From NCBI GenBank assembly GCA_038918635.1, contig JBCKZY010000004.1, positions 1 to 46,452 on the forward strand: a stretch of 46,452 nucleotides of DNA, read 5' to 3'. Each line of letters opens with the position of its first letter. Positions within the stretch are counted from its first letter, which is position 1. Origin of the DNA: Thermodesulfovibrionia bacterium. GTDB taxonomy: Bacteria > Nitrospirota > Thermodesulfovibrionia > UBA6902. A program made the position numbers and the translations under genes. Under the pieces are notes generated by a model. It saw nothing but the letters and a program-made list of their open reading frames with translations, was not told where the DNA came from and ran no database searches. Positions 1 to 9,026 of this stretch are shown piece after piece.

Positions 1-918
1 AAGATAGCTCAAGCAGGTGTTTCATCCGTTCTCGTCACTGGAGAAAGCGGAACAGGCAAGGAGATTGTAGCAAGAAATATACATCATATAATGCATACAG
101 GCAAATCAGGTTACACCCCTTTTATATGTATTAATTGTGCGGCTATGCCCGAGACGCTGCTGGAGAGTGAACTGTTCGGTTATATGAAGGGCTCATTCAC
201 GGACGCAAAGTCTGACAAGAAAGGTCTGTTCGAGATGTCAAAGGACGGTTCAATACTCCTTGACGAGATAGGAGATATGCAATCCAGCCTCCAGAGCAAG
301 CTGCTGAGGGTGCTGGAAGAAAGGGGGGTAAGGCGTATCGGGGGAAAAGAGGAGATACCCATACATGTAACCGTGATAGCCACCACCAACAGAAACCTCT
401 CTGAGGCTGTGGGAAAAGGGGAATTCCGGAGCGATCTGTTCTTCAGGCTGAACGCCTTTAACCTGCATATACCGCCTCTCAGGGACAGGGTGGAAGACAT
501 CCCTTTACTCACAGAATATTTCTTGTCCAACTTTGCTATTAGGTATAACAAAAAGGTTATTAAAGGTCTTTCCCCTGAATCTGAAGAGATCATGCTTGCA
601 TATAAATGGCCGGGTAATGTGAGAGAATTGAAGAATGTCGTGGAAAGGATTGTGGTTCTTGAGAATACTGAATTGATACAGCCTGAACATCTGCCCAAGT
701 GGTTTACTGAAACATCAACCGGCACATACCAGTCTTCAGAGAAAAATAATAATAGATTCATCCTCCCTGAATCAGGGATATCCCTTGATGATCTCGAAAA
801 AGACGTTATGATGCAGGCGCTTGAAAGGACAAAGTATAACAGGGCCTCTGCGGCGAAACTGCTGAAAGTGAGCTACGATACTTTCAGGTACCAGATGAAG
901 AAACTCGGGATTAAATAG
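1..918 (+). CDS. Sigma-54-dependent transcriptional activator (NtrC-family AAA+ domain plus C-terminal HTH), 5'-partial
   Basis: The frame is open from base 1 (KIAQAGVSSVLVTGESGTGKEIVAR, Walker A). It shows a GSFTDA loop, Walker B LLDEIGDM, the RxDLFFRLN arginine-finger region, WPGNVRELKN and a Fis-type HTH. The ORF-track start at 91 is internal. Confidence 0.95.
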   Translation, partial: KIAQAGVSSVLVTGESGTGKEIVARNIHHIMHTGKSGYTPFICINCAAMPETLLESELFGYMKGSFTDAKSDKKGLFEMSKDGSILLDEIGDMQSSLQSKLLRVLEERGVRRIGGKEEIPIHVTVIATTNRNLSEAVGKGEFRSDLFFRLNAFNLHIPPLRDRVEDIPLLTEYFLSNFAIRYNKKVIKGLSPESEEIMLAYKWPGNVRELKNVVERIVVLENTELIQPEHLPKWFTETSTGTYQSSEKNNNRFILPESGISLDDLEKDVMMQALERTKYNRASAAKLLKVSYDTFRYQMKKLGIK

Positions 919-939
919 CGTTATATCTCATATTGGTAG

Positions 940-1833
940 CTACTGTGCAGTTATTATTGTATAACCCTTCCCGTCAGTCTTCATAATGATGTCGCCGTTA
1001 ATGTCTGTCCTGTAAACCCTTGAACCTGCGCTGTTAAGACGTCTCAGGACTTCCTGATGTGGCCGCGCGTATTTATTGGCAATTCCGACGGATATTATCG
1101 CTATTTCAGGGCTAAGACTCTTCAGGAAGTCATCAGACGTTGAGTCCATGTCTCCATGGTGTGAGACTTTAAGTATCCGGCTTGATAGATCAGGGAATCT
1201 CTTCAGAAGCTCTCTTTCGCCCTTACTATCCATGTCGCCTGCCATAATTAGATTGATATTACCGTAAATAATTTTCATGACGATAGAATCCCTGTTGTGG
1301 TTGCCGGTGGGAGGCGGTTGCGGATTCAGAACTTCTATGCTTATGTCTCCGAATATTAGAGACGCGCCTGTCCGCAGTATATGGTATATTGAAGGGCCCT
1401 TTTTGATCAGACTGATATATTTTTTGTAGATGTCGCTGTCTGAATTGCTGAAGCCGTTGTCATAAACATTTATCACCTCAAAATCCCGCATTATCTGGAA
1501 TATCCCGCCGATGTGATCGTCATGGGGATGTGTGAAGATAAGATGATCGATCCTGCTGATGCCGAGATCCTTAAGATATCCTGAGACCTTCGGCCCTGCT
1601 GAAGGTTCACCGGCGTCAACCAGTATGATCTCCCCTGAGGGGAGTGATAAGAGCGTGCTGTCACCCTGACCAACGTCCAGAAAATGTATTGTTGCTGTCC
1701 TGTCCGCATTTACCGTTGACTTAGTTGGATATGATGCGCAGGCAGTAATTGCTGACATGAATAAAACCGCTATCAGAAGGGCGGTCTTATTCAGGATATT
1801 ATTAACAGCTTTTATATATACGGTTTTTCTCAT
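940..1833 (-). CDS. ComEC/Rec2-like metallo-beta-lactamase-fold hydrolase, probable lipoprotein nuclease
   Basis: Motifs FLDVGQGDS, THPHDDHIGG, NRDSIV, GDM, LKVSHHG and ISVG..N.YARP. Hydrophobic N-terminus ends in a lipobox-like AITAC. Confidence 0.88.
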   Translation of the reverse strand: MRKTVYIKAVNNILNKTALLIAVLFMSAITACASYPTKSTVNADRTATIHFLDVGQGDSTLLSLPSGEIILVDAGEPSAGPKVSGYLKDLGISRIDHLIFTHPHDDHIGGIFQIMRDFEVINVYDNGFSNSDSDIYKKYISLIKKGPSIYHILRTGASLIFGDISIEVLNPQPPPTGNHNRDSIVMKIIYGNINLIMAGDMDSKGERELLKRFPDLSSRILKVSHHGDMDSTSDDFLKSLSPEIAIISVGIANKYARPHQEVLRRLNSAGSRVYRTDINGDIIMKTDGKGYTIITAQ

Positions 1834-1897
1834 ATTCAGCTGAAAAAAAGCTCTATCGGTTTATGTGTGGAGAATAGCATAACATTCTCCACTGGTT

Positions 1898-2272
1898 GTC
1901 ATTCCCCCGACTTTTCGGGGTCAAGGATCGCTGGAACCACTCCAGTTCTTCCCCGTAACCTGTCATTCCGGCTTGCCCGGAATCAAAGAGGAGTAGGATT
2001 CCGGACAAGCCGGAATGACAGATTTTATGAAGAAATGAACTTGAATACCCCGTTTTGTAAACGGGGATGAAAAGTTCTCCTCTCAAGTCTCCCCCTTTGG
2101 AAAAGGGGGATTAAGGGGGATTTTACGAATAATTTCTTTTAATAATCTCCCCTAGCCCCCTCGCCTCGTGGCGAAGCAACGGGTCTTTGCCAAAGAGGGG
2201 AACAGACTGAATTATCATTAATAATTTTATTTCTTTTTGATGTCCTGCCTACCGGACAGGCAGGCCCGCCTT
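1898..2272. repeat. Cluster of REP-like intergenic palindromes
   Basis: 24-bp arms at 1961-1984 and 1997-2020 (TGTCATTCCGGCTTG(C/T)CCGGAATC, 1 mismatch). Also CCCCGTTT-tgt-AAACGGGG at ~2049-2067, CCCCCTTT..AAAAGGGGG at ~2091-2109, an interrupted CCCCTCTTTGCCAAAGAGGGG at 2156-2200, and CCTGCCTACCGGACAGGCAGG at ~2245-2265. Confidence 0.8.
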
Positions 2273-2401
2273 GTAGGTGGGGAGATTCACTTTGCCCCTC
2301 CTGCAGAAGCTGGCCTGCAGGTTCAGTAAAGACGGAATTTTTGAAATTATATTTCGTTCCCTTTGTGCCTTCCTGTCCCGAGTCTGTTTTCGGGGTGTGC
2401 C

Positions 2402-4681
2402 TTATTTTTCCTTCAGCCCGGCAGCAACGATCTGTCCGAGCGATATACCGCCGTCGTTTGAAGGGACAATCTGGTGCATCAGGGGTATAAACCCCCTTTC
2501 CTTTAGTTTTAAATTTACGTTCTCAAGCAGGATGCTGTTCTGAAATACCCCGCCTGACAATGCGACCCTTACGATACCTGTATCCTTTCTTATAGATTCA
2601 GAGATATTAATAATGATATCTATTACTGTGTTGTGAAATTTCCTGGCTATAATCTCGCCGGGCATGTCATCCCTAAGGTCGTCTGTTATATTCCTGATCA
2701 TCTCCCTGTAGTCGATGATCCCTTCTTCGATTCTGAAGGGGTATGATCCAGTTTCTCCTGACCTCATCGCAGCCTGCTCCAGTAAAACAGCTGCCTGGGC
2801 ATGATAGGAGACCTTATGCTTCAGCCCGATTATTGATGAGATTCCGTCAAAGAGCCTCCCCATCCCCGTTGTAAGGGGTGAGTTGATACTGTTCCTGATC
2901 ATATTAATTAAGAATGCCTTCTCTTTGTCGGTCAAAGGGCTGAAGTCCAACTCCGCCGCCTCATCGCCAAAGGTATCAAAGAGTATTGATAAGGCTGTCC
3001 TGCATGGTTCTTTCACAGCCTTATCTCCACCGGGGAGCCTGAATGGACGGAGGTGGCATACCCTTCGATACCCTTCTTCAGATATAATGAGGACCTCGCT
3101 TCCCCATATCGTCCCGTCAGTTCCATATCCTGTGCCGTCGAAAGCAAATCCTATAACCTCAGTATTTCCGGGTATATCATTATCCGCCATACAGGATAAT
3201 ATATGAGCGAAATGGTGCTGGACCTTTATTAACCTGTCACTGTAATGTTTTTCTCCAAATCTGGTGCTGTAATATCCGGGGTGCATGTCTGAAACAACAA
3301 CCTTTGGTTTGACATCAAAAAATTTCAGGAAGTCTCTGACCGTATCTTCAAAGAATTCCACGGCGAGCGGGTTATCGAGGTCTCCTATATGCTGTGATAT
3401 GAACGCCTTGTTATCTATGCCAAGGGTGATCGTGTTGTTCATTTGCGGTCCTAAAGCCAGGACCGGATTTCTTAGCGTGACAGGAAGTATGACAGGTATG
3501 GGGACAAATCCCCTTGACCGTCTTATCGGGACCTGCTTGCCTGAGATTACGCGGACAACAGAATCATCGCACCTCCTGACTATCTCCCTGTTGTGAGAGA
3601 GTGTGTATTCCGCTATATTCGACAGCCTTTCAAAAGCGTCTTTATCATCTTTTGCGATGGGTTCGTCTGTCATATTGCCGCTTGTTGCAACGACCGGCTG
3701 TCTCAGCTTTTTCAGGATAATATAATGAAGAGGAGTATAAGGGAGAAAGGCGCCTACGGTTCCGTTCTCCGGCGAGACAGCTTCGGCTATTGAGGTACCC
3801 TCTCTCTTCTTCACTATTACAATAGGTTTCTCAACAGAGTTGATGGCACGTTCTTCAAGATGGTTGATCTCTGTTTCCGCTCTGACTGATTCAATGTCCG
3901 GAAACATGACCGCCAGGGGTCTCTCTTCCCTGTTCTTCTTCTCTCTTAATCTCTTAACCGATTCGTCGTTAAGAGCATCGCATATAAGGTGGTATCCCCC
4001 TATACCCTTAACCGCCACTATATGCCCCCTGCGGATCAGATTTACCGCCCTTTCAAAGGCGTCTTCCCTCTGGCATATTAATTTTCCATAATTGTCGTAA
4101 AGACTTAACCATGGACCGCAGACATGACAGGCGTTTGGCTGGGCGTGAAACCTTCTGTCAGCCGGAAGGGCGTATTCAGTGGAGCAGTCAGGGCACATAC
4201 TGAAGTCCTTCATTGAAGTATTCTTTCTGTCGTAGGGGAGTGATTTTATTATCGAAAAGCGTGGTCCACAGTTCGTACAGTTTGTGAAGAGGTAGAGGAA
4301 TCGCCTGTCCCTTGGATCCTTAACCTCATTCAGGCAGTCTTCACAGACGGAGATATCCGGAAGGATAGAAGCCCCTTTAGTCCCGTTAGCCATACTTTGC
4401 CGGATCTCAAACTCCATAAAGCCAGCATCTTCAAGGAACGAGAACTGAAGACCGAAGATTCTGGAATTTCCGGGTTTTTCACTCTCTATTCTGACCAGTA
4501 AATCATTGAGTTTCTCCTCCTCCCCTTCTGCTTCTATAAGAACTCCTGAAGCGTCATTGAGAACGTATCCGTTGAGGCGCAGTTCCTGTGCCAGCCTATA
4601 TATAAAAGGCCTGAAGCCCACACCCTGAACTACTCCTGAGATGCTTGCTCTTAATCTCATTTTTTTGCCACAGACTTTCAC
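2402..4681 (-). CDS. hypF: Carbamoyltransferase HypF ([NiFe]-hydrogenase maturation)
   Basis: Acylphosphatase domain (GVVQGVGFRPF), two CxxC-x18-CxxC zinc fingers, KGIGGYHL, SQHIGDL, HHFAH, DGTGYG and the C-terminal NDGGISLGQ. Confidence 0.97.
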   Translation of the reverse strand: MKVCGKKMRLRASISGVVQGVGFRPFIYRLAQELRLNGYVLNDASGVLIEAEGEEEKLNDLLVRIESEKPGNSRIFGLQFSFLEDAGFMEFEIRQSMANGTKGASILPDISVCEDCLNEVKDPRDRRFLYLFTNCTNCGPRFSIIKSLPYDRKNTSMKDFSMCPDCSTEYALPADRRFHAQPNACHVCGPWLSLYDNYGKLICQREDAFERAVNLIRRGHIVAVKGIGGYHLICDALNDESVKRLREKKNREERPLAVMFPDIESVRAETEINHLEERAINSVEKPIVIVKKREGTSIAEAVSPENGTVGAFLPYTPLHYIILKKLRQPVVATSGNMTDEPIAKDDKDAFERLSNIAEYTLSHNREIVRRCDDSVVRVISGKQVPIRRSRGFVPIPVILPVTLRNPVLALGPQMNNTITLGIDNKAFISQHIGDLDNPLAVEFFEDTVRDFLKFFDVKPKVVVSDMHPGYYSTRFGEKHYSDRLIKVQHHFAHILSCMADNDIPGNTEVIGFAFDGTGYGTDGTIWGSEVLIISEEGYRRVCHLRPFRLPGGDKAVKEPCRTALSILFDTFGDEAAELDFSPLTDKEKAFLINMIRNSINSPLTTGMGRLFDGISSIIGLKHKVSYHAQAAVLLEQAAMRSGETGSYPFRIEEGIIDYREMIRNITDDLRDDMPGEIIARKFHNTVIDIIINISESIRKDTGIVRVALSGGVFQNSILLENVNLKLKERGFIPLMHQIVPSNDGGISLGQIVAAGLKEK

Positions 4682-4826
4682 TGACTAAAATAACTTTGAC
4701 TCAAAAAATAAAGAACTTAAAGACCTATTATTAAGTATAACTATTTTTCAGCCTGTTTTGTGCCTCTAAACCTGCTTTGAGTCTGTGTAAGCTCGCCTCG
4801 CTTCGGCGAAGCGGGTCAGTGGCTAA

Positions 4827-5247
4827 TTAGTTCTTGTTCTTCCGTATCATATTCATCGCCGCGTTGAGCTTCAGGGTGACCTCGCTGGCCTTCTCCTGCA
4901 GTTCCTCCCCGAGGTGACTGACCTTGTCGGGATGTGATTTTGAGACCTTCTCCCTATAGGCCTTCTCCACATCTTCCAACGGGGTGTCTGGGCTTACTCC
5001 CAGTAATCTGTACGCCTCTTCAAGTGTAAGAGAGTCGGGGGGGGCTCTTAGCGTTTCCTCTTTGAGCGTGATCATAGCTTTGAGAGTAGCCCCCTCTTTT
5101 TTTCATACCGCTGTTTTTGTAGAGCATATAGAGTAATACCCCGGAAGCGATCAGGTCATCCAGAATGGAGGGAGTGACAGCATCAAGCGGGCTTAAAATA
5201 TAGATGATCAGTATTATGATCCAGAAATAGTGGAAGAGTTTTGGCAT
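4827..5247 (-). pseudogene. DUF1232-like N-terminal membrane region plus DnaJ domain, split by a +1 frameshift at a G8 tract (5037-5044)
   Basis: The upstream ORF (YILSPLD...LDDL) and the downstream J-domain ORF (AYRLLGV...YREKVSKSHPDK) join into one 139-aa frame if the G8 run is G7. Confidence 0.75.
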
Positions 5248-5340
5248 AGTTTAATAAGAGTCGCGCTACTCATGACGTTTAGTATAAATTTAACCCTTTT
5301 ACAGTTCATATAGCAAGACGATATAATTAATGGATATAAA

Positions 5341-5436
5341 GGTTCCAAGGGGTCGAGCCTGCCTGCTCGCCTCGGCGAAGCGGGCTGGCAGGCAGGGAGT
5401 CAAGGATTCATCCCGAATAATCGGGACAGGTGGGAC
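5341..5436. repeat. Octamer-type array (GGTTCCAA/GGGGTCGA/GGAGTCAA/GGATTCA) with nested palindromes
   Basis: CCTGCCTGC[TCGCCTCGGCGAAGCGGG]CTGGCAGGCAGG at 5358-5396 and TCCCGAATAATCGGGA at 5411-5426. Confidence 0.7.
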
Positions 5437-5549
5437 AGACTGATCACGGTTTTCAACAATTTTATGAATGAACCAGAATTATATGTATCGTATGGAAATA
5501 GACATAATAACTCAATTTATAAAAAATAAATTAACTTTGGAGGTGTGCA

Positions 5550-6059
5550 ATGGATATGCTTGAGCTAATACATACACGCAGAAGCATCAGGAAGTATCAG
5601 GACAGGCCGGTGGAGATGGAGATAATTAAGGAGATAATAGCTGCCGGGACGAGCGCGCCCTCCGCTGGAAACCAGCAGCCATGGCACTTTGTGGTTATCA
5701 CTGACAGGGTACTTCTGACGAAAGTGCCGGATATACACCCTCACGCGCAGATGGCCGGTGAGGCGCCTGCCGCCATACTTGTCTGTGGAGATCCCTCACT
5801 GGAAAAGCATAAGGGCTACTGGGTCCAGGACTGCGCCGCGTGTACTGAGAATATCCTGCTCGCGGTTCATGCCAAAGGACTTGGCGCTGTATGGACAGGT
5901 ATTTATCCCCGGGAGGAGCGGGCTGAAAATTTCAGGAAACTCTTAAATATTCCCGGTGGCGTGATACCTTTTGCCTTTATCCCCTTCGGGTATCCGGCAC
6001 AGGAAGCCGGTCGTGTTGACAGGTACAGCGAGGAAAGGGTGCATTATGACAGGTGGTAG
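5550..6059 (+). CDS. Nitroreductase family protein
   Basis: RRSIRKY, APSAGNQQPWHFVVI, QDCAACTENILLA and GLGAVWTG motifs. GGAGG Shine-Dalgarno upstream. Confidence 0.95.
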   Translation: MDMLELIHTRRSIRKYQDRPVEMEIIKEIIAAGTSAPSAGNQQPWHFVVITDRVLLTKVPDIHPHAQMAGEAPAAILVCGDPSLEKHKGYWVQDCAACTENILLAVHAKGLGAVWTGIYPREERAENFRKLLNIPGGVIPFAFIPFGYPAQEAGRVDRYSEERVHYDRW

Positions 6060-6062
6060 GCA

Positions 6063-7082
6063 ATGATATACAGAGCGATTAAATACCATGTGTTTCTACT
6101 TTTGATGCTTTTGATGTTTTCAATGTCATCTACTTCATCATCTGCTTTGGAGAACTTTGACGAATGGCTCTCTGGCCTTCGGACAGATGCAATTGCCAGA
6201 GGTATATCAGTTGATACTCTTGATGCCGCTCTTAAAGGGCTGAAACCTGTTCCGCGTGTAATTGAACTCGACCGCAGACAGCCGGAATTTACACAGGGCT
6301 TCCGGGAGTACCTCAATGCAAGGGTTTCAGAGAACCGGATAAAGACCGGGCAGCGACTACTCAGGGAACACAGTGACCTTCTTGAAAAGATCAGGGTTAA
6401 ATACGGTGTGCAGCCCCGATTTCTTGTCGCGATATGGGGGCTTGAGACAAATTTCGGCAGTTATACCGGAGGTTTTCAGGTTATCGATTCACTGGCAACT
6501 CTCGCGTATGATGAAAGGCGAAGCAGTTTTTTTCGTAAAGAACTGCTTAACGCGCTTGTTATTCTCGATGAAGGACATATTAACGTACAGGATATGAGCG
6601 GTTCCTGGGCGGGGGCGATGGGGCAGGTTCAGTTTATGCCGTCCTCTTTTGCCCGTTTTGCGGTCGATGCGGATGGTGACGGCCGTAAGGACATATGGAA
6701 CAGTCTTCCCGATATCTTTGAGTCAGCGGCTAACTATCTCGCCGGTTCGGGCTGGAACCGCGGTTATATCTGGGGCAGGGAGGTGAAACTGCCTTCCGAT
6801 TTTAAAGCGGAGACCACAGGGCTGGATACGGAAAAGACGCTTGTCGGGTGGCAGGAATTGGGTATACGCCTCAAAGACGGTAGAGACCTTCCTTCAGAAG
6901 ACATAAAAGCCTCTATAATTATGCCTGCAGGAGATGACGGTCTGGCATTGCTTGTATATAAAAACTACAGGGCCATCATGAAATGGAACAACTCCCACCA
7001 CTATGCTATTTCGGTCTGTCATCTTGCCGACAGGTTGATCGGGAAGGGGCCTTTGCAGGGAAGGGGCGCTTTTTCGGAATAG
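6063..7082 (+). CDS. Lytic murein transglycosylase (MltB/SLT_2-like, family 3)
   Basis: Signal-peptide-like N-terminus, VAIWGLETNFG (catalytic Glu), GSWAGAMGQVQFMPSS, the DADGDGRKD EF-hand-like loop, SAANYL and WNNSHHYA. Confidence 0.93.
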   Translation: MIYRAIKYHVFLLLMLLMFSMSSTSSSALENFDEWLSGLRTDAIARGISVDTLDAALKGLKPVPRVIELDRRQPEFTQGFREYLNARVSENRIKTGQRLLREHSDLLEKIRVKYGVQPRFLVAIWGLETNFGSYTGGFQVIDSLATLAYDERRSSFFRKELLNALVILDEGHINVQDMSGSWAGAMGQVQFMPSSFARFAVDADGDGRKDIWNSLPDIFESAANYLAGSGWNRGYIWGREVKLPSDFKAETTGLDTEKTLVGWQELGIRLKDGRDLPSEDIKASIIMPAGDDGLALLVYKNYRAIMKWNNSHHYAISVCHLADRLIGKGPLQGRGAFSE

Positions 7083-7275
7083 TTCAGGATTTAATTTTTG
7101 GTATGTATGCGCGAATCCATTTTAGCAGGTTTGAGGATTGAGGAAGCACTTTTTGAACAGTCGGAAATACCGGTCAAAAATCCCTCGGTTAATAATAACA
7201 CCTACTTATTAATTATTTTCAGAAGATGAAAAGCTGAGGATTACTGGTTGAAATTTATATTATGAACGATCCGCT

Positions 7276-7527
7276 TCAGCCACTACTCCGGTGGTCGGCT
7301 GCAAGCGATGGTAAGGCGGCACTATCCTGATAAACCACGAAACGATCTGACTTTTTATTTTTATATGTGGCAACCATAAACACGCCTTCACTTTCTTCAA
7401 ATCTGGATAGATAGGAATATTGCGTGTTGTTTTTGTTAATTCTCCCCATTCCCATCACCGTCTGAACGTAGGTGAGTATTTGCTCAAAAGGAAAGTCAGT
7501 CCTATTTTCAATTATGATTTTTTCCAT
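7276..7527 (-). CDS. Hypothetical protein (orphan, 83 aa)
   Basis: ATG-started ORF in an AT-rich spacer, with globular composition and no recognisable motif. Confidence 0.45.
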   Translation of the reverse strand: MEKIIIENRTDFPFEQILTYVQTVMGMGRINKNNTQYSYLSRFEESEGVFMVATYKNKKSDRFVVYQDSAALPSLAADHRSSG

Positions 7528-7711
7528 ATACTTTGTTTACATTCTAGAACGTTGAACCAAAATAGAATGTTTGCCTTGTGGAAAAACGATAAAAGTCTTG
7601 GTCAAGAAAGACATCGCTTTGAAGTATGCCTAATAGTTATTTAACAGTTACCTGATGATATCAGACAGTTTTAAGTCTGTCAAGGAAACAACAAAATACA
7701 TGGGTTAATAA

Positions 7712-7865
7712 TTGATGCACTCGTAAAAAGTCATGGGATGGCTAAGTAAAAATTTCGATATACAAGGCGTAGTCTGTTTTTAAGACCGAGACTATACATA
7801 TAGTATGTCGAGGATTTCAAAATGCGCTACAACGCAGTAGATCGAAATTTTTACGACGCCATCAA
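7712..7865. mobile_element. MITE-like element, 154 bp, with ~21-bp imperfect terminal inverted repeats and a TAA target duplication
   Basis: Left end TTGATGCACTCGTAAAAAGTC; right end reverse-complemented TTGATGGCGTCGTAAAAATTT. TAA at 7709-7711 and 7866-7868. No ORF inside. Confidence 0.75.
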
Positions 7866-7917
7866 TAATTGAAACATTGTATTTTGAGGCAGGATAAAAA
7901 ACAAGAGAAAGAAAGCT

Positions 7918-8958
7918 TCAGTTAGTCTTAAACCAGATATTACATGCCCCTTCTGATGACACCATGCATGGACCTTTGGGTTTTTGTGGACTGCACACCT
8001 TTTTAAAGAGTTTGCATTCAGAGGGGTACGCCTTGCCGAGTACTATATCACCGCATATACATCCCGGGACCTTCTCCTCTTTCACATCTTCAAGCTGGAA
8101 GGCCTTTTTCGCGTCCATACCTGAGAACTCGTCCTTCAATTCAAGCCCTGAACCGGGCACATGCCCAATCCCCCTCCAGTTGACGTCCGAGACCTCAAAA
8201 AACTTGTATATTATTTTTTGAGCCTGTCTGTTGCCTTCCGGCCGGACAACGCTTCTGTAAACATTTCCGGTGCGGGCCTTCCCGTCTTTGAGCTGATTCA
8301 GTATCTCCAGAATTCCCAAAAGAAGATTGTCAGCTTCAAAACCGGCAACGACCGTGGGAATGCCGTATTTTTCAGGGAATATGTCCCATGCGTTTGAGCC
8401 GACGATTGCCGATACATGTCCCGGTGCTATGAAGCCGTCAATGCCTATCTCTTTATCATCAACAAGCAACTCCATTATCCTTGGCGTAAGTCTGTGAGAA
8501 CTGAGTATAAAGAGGTTTTCGGGGATTCCTGTCTCTAATATTGCGGCGGCAGGAGCGGTTGTGGTCTCAAAACCGATTGAGAAGAATACAATCTTTTTTC
8601 CGGGGTTTGATTCTGCGATTCTCACCGCCTCAAACGGTGAGGAGATCATCCTGTAGTTTTTACCATCAGATCTTACAGAGCCGTGCTTTGTAGGCACCCT
8701 GAGCATGTCGCCGTAAGTTAACAGTATTACATCATCTTGTTTTGACAGGTTAATCGCGTTGATAATGTCGCTTTCGGGGCAGACACAGACCGGACAGCCA
8801 GGGCCGGGGATTATCTCAAGGTTCCCGGGCATCAGGCTCCTCATCCCTGAAAAAGCTATGGTGTGCTCATGAGATCCGCAGACGTTCATGATACGAACCT
8901 TACGGTTTGAAGGAACCAACTTTTGAATGAGCGTTACTAGTTCTTTAATTTTTTCCAT
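7918..8958 (-). CDS. hypD: Hydrogenase maturation protein HypD
   Basis: CGSHEH, GPGCPVC, GFETT, PGHVS and the C-terminal Cys cluster (CICG..C.LF..C.P..P.GPCMVSSEGAC). Confidence 0.97.
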   Translation of the reverse strand: MEKIKELVTLIQKLVPSNRKVRIMNVCGSHEHTIAFSGMRSLMPGNLEIIPGPGCPVCVCPESDIINAINLSKQDDVILLTYGDMLRVPTKHGSVRSDGKNYRMISSPFEAVRIAESNPGKKIVFFSIGFETTTAPAAAILETGIPENLFILSSHRLTPRIMELLVDDKEIGIDGFIAPGHVSAIVGSNAWDIFPEKYGIPTVVAGFEADNLLLGILEILNQLKDGKARTGNVYRSVVRPEGNRQAQKIIYKFFEVSDVNWRGIGHVPGSGLELKDEFSGMDAKKAFQLEDVKEEKVPGCICGDIVLGKAYPSECKLFKKVCSPQKPKGPCMVSSEGACNIWFKTN

Positions 8959-8970
8959 TATTTGTGAAAC

Positions 8971-9026
8971 AAGTTACTAAGTTACTAAGTCATTGAGTTA
9001 CTGAGTTGCTAAGTTGTTGAGCTGCT
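8971..9026. repeat. Tandem octamer array (AAGTTACT consensus, 7 units) at the 3' end of the four-helix-bundle gene
   Basis: aagttact aagttact aagtcatt gagttact gagttgct aagttgtt gagctgct. Confidence 0.85.

Noticed and set aside
1853-2543. Short ORFs 1853-2086, 1867-2070 and 2277-2543
   Set aside because: They run through palindromic repeats or antisense to hypF and have no protein-like features.
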